Shown here piece after piece: positions 52,934 to 64,000 of a stretch of 64,000 bases of DNA. The stretch comes from Octopus vulgaris. Lineage: Eukaryota. The stretch's first letter is position 1. The number at the start of each line of letters is the position of its first letter. The notes below the pieces were generated by a model that worked only from the letters and a program-made list of their open reading frames with translations, was not told the DNA's origin and ran no database searches. The stretch covers positions 38,254,001 to 38,318,000 of the forward strand of contig OX597814.1 of NCBI GenBank assembly GCA_951406725.2, read 5' to 3'. The position numbers were made by a program, and so were the translations under genes.

Positions 52934-55900
52934 ATACAATGCAAAAGAAAATTGTCTGATATAACAACCTTCGTTAACATTATCTTAATCTTGTGTCTCA
53001 CGGAATATATTTCCCTTTTATAATGTCGCTGTTGGGAATTATTTGTATTTTAAACTTCTGGCGAATTTTTCCTCTAACCATGGTATGATATGATCCTACA
53101 TCAGCTCCTACGTAGGTACGCACATGCCAGTGCCAAACAGAAAAAAACACCACTTCGGACTTGTACAACGACAATTAATTTCATTTATGATACTGCTATA
53201 TGCAGTTATCAACTTAACATTCTGTCTGCACAAAGTATTTCCAATACTCATGATACAGAACTTGCTTCCTTAAAGCAACCTCACTCCATTATCATTGTTC
53301 ATGCTTGATTTTACTCCGGATCTATCATCATCTAGTTTGTCACTGGTATCAAATATTACTAGATTAATATCATAACTCATGTACCATCTCAGAGACTTTA
53401 CGTCTGATTTTAGTAACCACTTTTATTAACAGCGATATCAGCTTTGGTTGATGAACAAAATTCAATTGCAATGGAATTCGTAAATAGAACATAGCTTATC
53501 TCTAATAAATTGGCGTGTAACTTGGTCTTATCCATCGGATCCTTTGATAATTTATTCAATATTATTAAAACAACATAGACATGATTTTGTTCAAAATTGT
53601 TTATTTTACTTCCTGTACAAACTAACTATCATTTTAGCCTATCATCGGATTTCCTTAATTATGAAAATACCAACACAATAAAGTATCATTTCTTTCTAAT
53701 TCTAATCTATTTTCTAATTAGGAATAGTGTGACTACACTCCAGGGAATATTTTGGTGTTTGTTTACCAATAAAAATTTGATTCGTCATCTATTTACATTT
53801 CTTTCAATTTCGACAAAATTCCGTCTCACAACGAACATTTCTTGTCTTCATGATAGGAATGATTCCTTGTCATCGTATATTTAGCTGAATTTGTTGTTTC
53901 GACACTAAATGTGTATATATGTGAAGGTGTGAGTGTGTGTGGCGTGCGTGCGTGTGCGAAGGCGTTTAAATACAAAGAGAAAGTGAAAGAGAAGTAGAGA
54001 GTCAGAGAAGCAGAAAGAAAGGAATGACTACTATTTCTGCAGGTTGTAATTATGACATTGAAAAGTGTTCATGTTTGATGATCCAATATAAATAATTGCA
54101 TACTTTTATATCTAAGGTTGTGTACGAAATATATTTATACTTATTTGACGTTATAACATGTTTACGAAAAAACAAACTTTCTTTGATATTGAAAGGGAAA
54201 ATTATTCAAGAAGGACATAAGTTTGGGCACTCCACATATTTCCACAAGCCAAATGCGTTCTCATTATAATTGCAGCTTTTTAATCGTTATTTTCGACTGA
54301 TAAGAATCTTCATGATAACCAGGTGTTATTTTACTGCCTCAAAATCCAAATATTAGTTTAATTTGATTAAGCAGGTACGAATGTTTAATATTTGTGTACA
54401 TGAATGGGTATTTGAATATATTCGTATGTCAATTGTAATGCATGTTAGAGTTAAAAACTATTTACCACCACACTAAGATTCTGGATAAAAAGCATAACAT
54501 GTAAGTTTGCGAGGTGAGAGCTGAAGTTCACGAGACATATATTTCGAGCTCATCAGCATAAGAGCTTATATTTTCTTTTAAATTCATCACAGAAAAATCG
54601 AAATTGACTCGTCTGGGAGATGTTATAAATTGAGGCAGCGTAATATTTGTTAATACCTACCCACACAATTTCTAACAAGTGAAACCTATTCACACACACA
54701 TACATACGCACACACACACACACATATATATACACACACATATGCAAAAACACACACATATCTTTAATGCATGAGCGTACATAGATTCGTTTTGATTTGT
54801 TATACGAAACGTTACTGTAAAGAAAATCTCATACATATACGGACATAAGACTAAACGAATATACCCAGACGCGCATACACACACACACACACGCATACAT
54901 ACGCAAAGACACATATTCGCACGAACACACACATACTCGCACGCACACACATTTTCAAAACACATAAAAGGCGGAGAGGTAAATAGATAAGGAAAGAAAT
55001 GAGGAAAAGAAAATGAAATACGGCAATCAGAAATTGGATAATGATAAAAAAAAAATAAAAGTACATAAACCGCTAAGCGTAACACCAAATGTAACTCACA
55101 GCTGAATGAATAGTTAAATCTTATGAACATATTCTTGGGAGTGTCCTTCTCTTTCCATGTGTATGTCTGTATGACGATTACACTGATATCCTTTTATCGC
55201 CACATTCATTTACAAATACCTAGAGAACATGACACATGTACATACATTTCCTGAACAAGATTACTGAAGCATGTCTAGATATTTATTCATAAAATATAGG
55301 AAATAGTTCATCCGTACATGCGTTTAATTGCGTGTCTTTTACTTCTTACTTCATAAGAATTGATAATTTGTAGTCAACAAATGTACTCTATAGATTTCCC
55401 ATAATCCTCTGTGTAAAAGTTTCGGAGAAGCAATATATATTTTCCTACAAACGAACGCTAGCGAAATCCATTTGGCTGTCTTTCCTTTGCTTACATGATC
55501 TCATGCCAGTTATACAGACGTATATTAATTCAAATGGTTACATCAGCCAACGGAGAAAAAGCAAGCAGCTAGGGAAATCAGAATGATATTCTGATAAGGT
55601 TGAACTTTTCTTAGAATTAAGATGAGAAAATCAATGTAAAGTCTCCGTGCGAAATTTAATATTTTTATCTATGTATCTCACAAAGAGATAATCTTATAAA
55701 ACTAGTTCAAGCGAAATATTTCGTCTAACGGCAATTAAATGTTGCAAGATTCATCTCATGCCTGTTTGAATATTTAATATGAATTATAGATCCTTATAAA
55801 AGGGAAAGTGTAGAAGAGAGTACAAAAAATGTTCGAAGATTTCGTGCAAAGGTGTATGCGTGAGTTTGTGTCTTATTATTTAGTGTCTATCCGTATTTGA

Positions 55901-56075
55901 TTAAGTATGTAGGTATATGCATTATATGGAATTGTGCAAGTATACGTATGTATGTATGCTTAACGAATAAACATAAAGATGAAAGTTATTATTTTCTGAA
56001 AGATCGAAATTTAACCAAATTCACAGACCTGAACATAGAGAGATTAATAATAATAAAAAAAAAATAATAATAATA

Positions 56076-56631
56076 GCCCTGATGCAGTAATAGGCAGTGG
56101 CTCTCGTGCTTTCAGATCTAAACTGATTGGAAGTGTTATCATGTACATTGTTTTCTCTTGGTATAAAAGATGGGCTACAGCAAATATACTGCTCAATACC
56201 ACAGATTTGCTTGTCAGTTGTTTGACCTTAGCCAGTTGAGCATGCACCTTAATGAATGACGATATGTACATGTCTGATAACGAGCAGAATTAGTGGAGGA
56301 GCATCATGGCCGTATGCTCAAAGGAATTTTTGAAGGTCTAGATGATTCACCTGTGGAAACATGGATGGTTCTTTCAACATCCTTAAACAATCTTTATTCA
56401 GGGACCTTTTGAGTGGGATGGGCTACTCGACCAGAAGAAAATTCTAACTGGGCGCCACCTGCAAGGTCATGTGCTGTTTATCTTGATATGACATCACCAT
56501 GTCGCGCAAATATGGTTGTGATGCATGTGCCTAGTGTATTCTTATCGGACGGATAGTTATGATGGGTTATACTGGGCTTCGTATATTTTAGCCCAGAGTC
56601 ATTATGATGGCATACACTGCTCTCTCACTTA
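56076..56631. mobile_element. Unclassified ~556-bp interspersed repeat embedded in (AAT)n
   Basis: Sharp boundaries gccctgatgcag...ctctctcactta between AAT arrays; second copy at 49674-50162. Confidence 0.8.
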
Positions 56632-56719
56632 GTAATAATAATCATAATAATTGTAATAATAATAATATTGATGATGATGATGATGATGGTGATGGTGTTA
56701 TTGAGAGTCAGACTTAGGA

Positions 56720-57115
56720 ATGGGCAAGCGTCTCGTTGAACCGCATCGGGAACAGAGTGGATAAAATCATTGTCCATATCACGATGACATCCTCTAGACT
56801 TGCACAAAACAACTACGATTAGGTAGCGAAAGTGCTACATTGGGAACTGTGCGGAAAGTGGGGCATAGAGAAGAGGTAAGACTTGTTATGAGCACAAACT
56901 GCCGAAAGTGGGAGAGTCGCAGACTAGCAAATCCCTCTGGGATTTTCCAATCCAACTGATCAGTGTGAGAGCATAACAAACCTAATGATGGAGGAAAAGA
57001 TGCAACACATGTACTGTATAGTTGATGTTGCATACCCCTTTGACTCATTAATAGTCAAATAGAAAGACGAAAAACTAGATAAATGCCTGGCTCTTCAGTG
57101 ACAAATAGCCCGGTA
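56720..57115 (+). mobile_element. 3' fragment (RLE domain) of an R4/Dong-like non-LTR element
   Basis: VAKVLHWELCGKWG...YEHKLPKVGESQTSKSLWDFPIQ...VDVAYPFDSLIVK*KDEKLDK in broken frames. Confidence 0.8.
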
Positions 57116-57117
57116 AA

Positions 57118-59305
57118 TAGCTCGTTGCAAAGAAACCAAAGATGGTAAAATACGACCGAAGAATGAAGGGTTACTACCAGAATAGTTATTCAGGGTAGAT
57201 CAGAGGAGATTCTATAAAGAAATAGATGGAGTATGTACGAATGAAATGATGATAGCAGATAACATTGAAAGTAAAAGGTTTTGAAGTGACATCTGGAGCA
57301 AATACAAGGAGCACTAGAAGGATGTCGAATGGTTGCAAGAATTGAAACAGGAAGAACTAGTGATTTCAGTTAGGGAAGTAAAAGAAATTAGCAGAAGAAT
57401 TCGCAACTGGAAGGCCCCGGGACTAGCTGGAGTTCAAGGCTACTGGATCAAAATATTTGGTGAATGACACCTTGTTAAATGCCGACGAAGCAACACCAGA
57501 GTGGTTGACATTGGGTAGGGCAGCACTGTACCTGTAAATCATCAAAAAAGGCAATACGGTAAACAATTACAGGCCGATATCCTGTTTGCCACTTCTGTGG
57601 AGGTTATTGGCTGAAATACACGCAGTTAATATACGAACATCTAGAAAAAAATAGAATCCTGCCACGAACAGTAGGGCAGTGGTACCAAGGATGGACACCT
57701 GATAGATAAAACTGTATTGAGAGACTGCAAGAGAAGGAAAAGTAACATAGCCATGCCATGGATCGACTATCGAAAGGCGTACGATATAATCCCACATTCT
57801 TGGATTATGGAGTGTATGAACCTGTTTGGGATTGCCTCTAATGTTGAGCGATTGCTTGGTAAAAAATATGGAGAATTAGAAGACGGACATCACAGCAGAA
57901 ATTAGGAGGGGCAACTATCGAGAGGACTGCTTCTCCCCACTGATCTTTGTATTGTGCTTGATAACACTAACACTGATTCTGAGGAAAGCAAAAGCTGTGT
58001 ATGTATTAAAAAGCCGCCAACAAAAACTCAACTATTTGCTATTCATTGATGACTTCAAACTTTATCGCAAAGATCAAGCCCAAGTCAGTTCTCTCGTTGA
58101 TACGGTTTATACCTTCGGTACTGTTATCAGAATGGAGTTCCCACTGAGAAAGTGTGTTGTGTTAGTATTGAAATGAGGCAAAATCAAATGTATAATCGGA
58201 ATAACGACACCGTCGGCGGACGTTATGAAGCGGATTGAAGAGACGGGCTATAAGTACTTGGGGATTTTGGAAATGGATAAATAATGGTGAAAGAAATGAC
58301 AGAAAATTTTAAGGCGGAGTACTTGCGCAGACAGAGACTGATCCTAATGTCGAAAGTAAACGGAAGGAATAAGATCGAAGCTATCAACTCCTGAACAGTT
58401 TCACTCCTTAGATATGGAGCAGGGGTAATTGAATGGATACTAGACGAACTAAACAGCTTAGACAGAAAGATAAGGAAGTTGCTAACTAGATATGGTTCAC
58501 TGCACCCAAAACGTGACAGAGACAGACTGTAGGCAACAAGAAAAAGAAGGGAAAGAGGACTTACGGGATGCGAACACAGTCAAAAATGCCACACAACCAC
58601 TATTATTAGCAGTAGGAAGGTCAGGCTTGTGTAGGATAAAAAATTGTAAAGATAACGCACTATAGAAGAAATTGAAAACGAATGATACTGAAAATAAATG
58701 GGTGAAGAAAATAATGCATGGTCAATTTCATAGGGAGGTTGAAGATAAGAAAGTCGGAGAAAAAAGATGAGTGTGGATGACTAAAAGTTATTTAAACACG
58801 GAAACTGAGGCCCTAATCTGTGCTGCCCAAGAGCAAGCACTAACGAAAAAACTACATAAAATACAAAGTAGACAACACATCAGAAGGTATAAGTGCAAAA
58901 ACGGTTGACAAAACGGTGTCGCCTTATGGCATATTACCAGCCAATGTACGCCAATAGGTCAGAAGGAGTATAAGAGACGCCACGACAATATAGCCAGGTT
59001 TGTCCACTGGACACTTTGCAACAAGCATGGACTTGATAGAGGATAACCTTGGTACAATCACAGACCTGAAGGCATTGTCGAAAAAAAAATGCAAAGATCT
59101 TCTGGGATTTTATAATTTAGTACGACCATGAGATTGAAAATAGGAAGCCGGACATAGTCTTAATTGAGAAAGAAAACAAACTATGCTGGATCACAGATAT
59201 AGCATGCCCAGCTGGCAACAAGGTATGTGATGATGAAGAAAGTAAAGCTGAGAGATATGGCAGGTTAGCTTGGGGAGTTAAGCAGTTGAAAATTGGAAAA
59301 ATGTA
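57118..59305 (+). mobile_element. Decayed R4/Dong-clade non-LTR retrotransposon (RT plus RLE)
   Basis: Motifs [117 protein letters not shown]...DIACP. Many stops and frameshifts. Confidence 0.93.
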
Positions 59306-60745
59306 GCAGAGAAAGAAGAAGGAGGAGGAGGTGGAGGAAACAGAGGAGATGGAGGGAGTGCAATGATAGTAGTAGGATGTTAAATGATCAAAAGCCTTGA
59401 AAGTTACTTGTAGATGGTAGTAGTGATTGGATTCTTGGGATATCTCTTTTGAATATATTGTTTATAATATTTGCGTAGGTGTTCTTCTAAACAGCAGTAG
59501 TAGCCAGGTAAGGCAGGAGGTGTGTATGTGTGTGTGAGAGAGAGAGTGAGGAAGAAGACGAAGAAGAAAGAGAAGAGAGAATAATAAGGGAATGCGGGTC
59601 GTATGATAGTAGTAGAAAGTTAAATGGTCGAGTGCCTAGAAGTGATTCGTTGTGGATTAAAACTGATTGGGACTGCTTTTTAATGAATTCTTGGGTATCT
59701 CTGGAATGTATCATTTTAATATTTGCGAGTGTGTTATTCTAAGACCGTGGTGGATATGTCGTTTGTTGTAAATCCGTTCAAAATTGATCTGTATTTTGTA
59801 ATAAAGAGAGTCTCTTTACTAATTTATTGGCTATAGATTGTATCGTCCCTGAATTGGTGGAGGGGAAAATTCTGAAACTTGGATTTTTGTTATTGGCGCA
59901 TATGTCGAGGTGTTGGCTGAATGCTATATTTCTGTTTTGGTGAATTTTGATATGGGATTTGTGCAGAGCCATCATTTCACGTAGGCTGTTTTTCGTTTGG
60001 CCTCTATATAGCTATTGACACCCAGAGTAGGTTAGTGTGTATATCAGGTTCTCCGAAGCACATGTGAAGCTGCTTTTCACTTTGAAACGCTGTCCCTCTT
60101 TGAAGGTGAACTCTGATCTCTAAATTAAATTCACGCATATCCCACAGTTGGATCTTCCGCAATTTTTTACTGACGGCTTCAATGTTGTTGTTGAGCGTAT
60201 TCGGGCTTGTGTTAGGAGATTTTTTCATAGATTTGGGCTGCCTCTTGCTTTTCATGTTAATGTGTGTTTTTCAGGATTTAATTTATTCTGTGGTCCTTCT
60301 TAAGAAGGGGAATGTTTTGAAGGAGGGTGTCGAAGGCTTCATTATTAAGAGGGTTGTGTGTACCCAAGGAATCGTTAAAGAACTGTCCCAATCACTGCTA
60401 TAATCCACAACGCATCACTACTAGGTCATCAGCCCATTAAACATCCTACTACTATCATACCATTCCTTTTTTATACTCTCTTCTCTTGTTCGTTTTCTTC
60501 CTCTCCGCTACCTCCTTCCTTACTTTACTGCTATTGTTGTTTAGGATAACACCTACGCAAATATAATAAACAATACATTCAAAAGAGATGTCTCAAGACT
60601 TGAATCCTTACTTCCGTCAGGGCACATGACCATTTAAAAATCTTATTACTATCGTCTTTTTCTTCTTCTCCTCCTCCTCCTCTTTCTTGTTCTTCTCCTT
60701 CTTTTTCCTCTTATTCTTCTCTTTCTTTTTCTTCTTCTTCTTCAT
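59305..60745 (-). mobile_element. 5'-truncated Penelope-like element (Neptune-type Cys linker plus GIY-YIG endonuclease) with inverted pseudo-LTRs
   Basis: Minus strand KSKRQPKS...CGRSNCGIC...FTFKEGQRFKVKSSFTCASENLIYTLTYSGCQ*LYRGQTKNSLREMMALHKSHI...FSQHLDIC...ETLFITKYRSILNG. 60360-60745 is an inverted copy of 59305-59700. Confidence 0.88.
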
Positions 60746-61002
60746 CTCTGCCAAGAATTCACAATGACCTCGAACCAAGAAGAGTAAACAAGAGAGACAG
60801 AGACAGGCAGAAACAAAGAAATTACCCCTTGAATTTAAATACTATGCAAATATTCTTTTAAAAATTTTTACTTTTAATTTTTCCAAAATTTAATTGTTTT
60901 CCATAGAGTTGAAAAATTGTCATTGACTGCAACCTTTACTGAAATGTCTTTTATAAAATTAGTTTTGTATTTTCTACCTTGAGTCTTTTCAACACACACA
61001 CA

Positions 61003-61108
<106 letters not shown>

Positions 61109-61620
61109 TATGTACATATATACACGTACATACCAACACACACATGTATATAAATACATATACATAGTATTTGGCAGAGGTAAGAGCACTAACGTCCACA
61201 CTCCCTCCATCTCTCTCTCTCTTTCTCTCATTTTCTCATTCTCTTTCTCCCTTAAACTTCGTAATTTCACACACACATGCCCACAGGCACATGCAAATAT
61301 ATTTCTATATACTGTTTGTGTATCTTAGATGTGTATGTCCGGGGAAATACACGTACATCTATAAGCAAAAGCAAATTGTATTCAATACGTTCTGAAGAGT
61401 GTATAGCACACATAAAAGTTGAGAAAACATCACATTGTTACTCCGCTTTTTACATTTTGTCTATGCATTCCATAAAATAATATTGATCCACACTATAATG
61501 GATAATTATCCCCCCTTACAGGAATTTTACTCGAATCCAAAATATGACACATAGACTACATGTGCTCTTTTATTCATGTGTGTGTATGTGAGTGTAGGAT
61601 TGTGAATCTGTGGAAGAGTG

Positions 61621-61694
<74 letters not shown>

Positions 61695-62057
61695 CGTGTG
61701 TTTCCTCAGGCTTTAGATGTAGTAGATTGTATATGAGTGTTTCTTACGAAATAAAATTAGAATATTTGAAGATATGAAAGACTGGAATAGTCTTTCCTTT
61801 TCAATATTTGCATTCGTTTCACATTTGTAAATATTTGTTACGTTAAGATAAACACGCACTGTTTGCAAGTTTATTTTAAATGGTTACTATACAAAGTTTC
61901 AACAAATGTACAGGTATACAACATTCAATTAATTGTGTAATTTTATTATTATCAATAAATATGTGTAATATCAATCTGAAAATGTTAAATATATTACTTA
62001 ATCCTATAACTACAATTATTGATGTAAATACTCCCACATAGAAAATATACAATTATG

Positions 62058-62158
<101 letters not shown>

Positions 62159-62159
62159 C

Positions 62160-62720
62160 TGACATTCAGAGAAAAACAAATTACGAAGACAGGTGTATAA
62201 ACAAATTCAGGTGTATTAATTTAACGCTCGGGAAGGTGAGAAAGTCTCTTATGTTTCCAGCCTACGCTCTTCAACAGAAAGAAATGCGAAGGAATATACA
62301 AAGAGTGAATAAAAGAAGCTTTTGGAACCAGAGGTCTATCATGGCGGCTGGCTGGACAGAGGTAGACAGGAGAGTTAGGAAGGAGAAAAGATAAAATAGT
62401 GATAATTTCAAAACGGAGGTGTGCGTGCATGTGTATGTGAAAGCATGTATGTGCGTGTAGATAGGGGCTGGTGACTTTGACGTTTGGATGTGTACGTGTG
62501 TGAATGTGTTCGTTTGTAATGTATGGGTGTTTGGATAATGGTGTGAGTGTTCTGAAGTGATCGGTGCTAGTTTGTGCGGGGTTGTATGATGTGGTTTGGT
62601 AGTGTGTGGTCTGGTGTGGCGGTGTTGGTGTGGGGAAGTGAGGGTAGGGTGTGGCTTTGTGGTGAGGATGTAGGGGAAAAAGGTGGGATATGTGGGACTC
62701 TGCTTTATGCATTTCTTGTT
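62160..62720 (-). mobile_element. Penelope-terminal-like remnant with atypical minimal hammerhead-like motif (62246-62281)
   Basis: Minus strand cttt CTGTTGA ag agc-gtag-gct g GAAAC ATA agag; layout parallels 44574-44741; abuts (TA)n. Confidence 0.5.
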
Positions 62721-64000
62721 TTCTTTCTTTCTCTATGTGCGTTTGTTTGTTTGTATGTGTGTGCGCACGCGTGTGTGCTTGAGTGTATGTATATACAAAG
62801 TTGAGCACGTGGGATTCTGTAACGCTGTGTAAGTTTCATATATGTAAATGTAACGCTTTACTGAGTAAAAGATATTTTCAATTACTGGTGCATTGATGTA
62901 TAAATAATGAAATGTTCCTCGTAGTTATACGATATGTTAAGTTTGACTAATTCGGACAAAGTTGTACCGTTATTTATCTTAATGTTAGGTTGAACGGCAA
63001 CGACTTATTCATCAGGAGATCTATCGAGAGCATGGAAACACAAAATTGAATTTCATGAATAAAACATAAATGTCATCCTATGGGTAAATAAAAACCCCTC
63101 TGTTAATACTGAAAAATAAATAAGAATTCCATTGACAATGAAATCAAGTAACCAAATCAATGACCTTTTTGTATCACACAGAGGACACCATGTTATGTCT
63201 AGTATTCGAAATGTAGAATGGTTTTAAATATTTGCAATTCAAATGGAGAGAACTTTGGCGTTAACATTGTCAGAAACTTTACGTTAACAAAAGCGGAGGA
63301 AACTATATTCTTGCTTCCTATAGAAATTCAAGACTGAAATAATGATCGTATCTCCTTCTGAGACAACATATTAAAGTAGCTGCAATAATTTAAGTTTATT
63401 CAAGAAAATATCTGCAACTATTTCCATTCCATTTATTTCATTCTTTCTCAATCTCAATGCAATTTCTAAATAACTTTTAGACAATCTGTTCAATACAGAT
63501 GGTTAAAGTTAAATTCTCAGCATATTATTTTTTATAGTTTTATAGATAATTTAATAAAATCGAGCTACTTTTATTATTTATTACAAAATTCGGTGATAAC
63601 TTAGAAACATTTATTTGCTTTGGGATTTCTGCAGAAGTTAGTAAAGCAGCTACGTGTTCGCGCATGTCATTCACACAAAAATATACACACGCCCCCTTAC
63701 CTGGTGGAAAACTTTGAATGGCAGAAATAATGGGATAATTGTTAAAGAAAGAATTGATTTGTCTTGTTTAAATAATTGCTAGTGGTGTTCTGATCCACAG
63801 AATTATATTTTCGGCTTTCCTTGTTTTTGGAGAAACTTCTTAAGATTGCTACAGGCAGCAATATAAAATATCGATGAGTTGCGCTGCAGGTGAAGAAATG
63901 AAACTGAAGTATATAATCAACAATCCCCTGTCGATAATACCGGGTAAAAGCAGAATTAAAATACTTGGACATGAAAATATTTGAGAGAAACTAAAAGAAG

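Noticed and set aside
54530-54562. Minus-strand CTGATGA-gctc-GAAA hammerhead-like core
   Set aside because: No stem I complementarity and no proper stem III.
61388-61425. CTGAAGA with gtgt/acac stem
   Set aside because: GAAAC box and stem I not recoverable.
62221-62808. 195-aa His/Thr/Pro-rich minus ORF
   Set aside because: Low-complexity CA-rich repeat-derived sequence; no domain.

Overview
AT-rich, microsatellite-dense eukaryotic DNA that reads as intron or intergenic sequence, with no long intact host ORF. The SINE families and repeat landscape look like an octopus (coleoid cephalopod) genome; this is inferred from remembered repeat families, not from a search. Most ORF-track entries are microsatellite artefacts. 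Recognisable elements: several tRNA-derived SINEs (three with TSDs), a young 5'-truncated RTE LINE with a 12-bp TSD and a locally templated filler, a decayed DD37D/maT transposase, two Helentron/HINE-type elements (one carrying a Tc1/mariner MITE), three R4/Dong-type RLE-LINE remnants, and a Penelope-like element (Cys linker plus GIY-YIG) with inverted pseudo-LTRs. The most interesting signal is type I hammerhead ribozyme motifs at four separate repeat loci. One near-canonical hammerhead (16168-16244) sits in a ~549-bp tandem plus fold-back unit whose inversion junction lies about 10 nt from the predicted cleavage site. A second, older family has the same architecture (42.3-43.8 kb), and there are two atypical minimal variants (44.7 and 62.3 kb). 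There is also a perfect 23-bp-arm palindrome and a few low-confidence candidate host exons on the minus strand.
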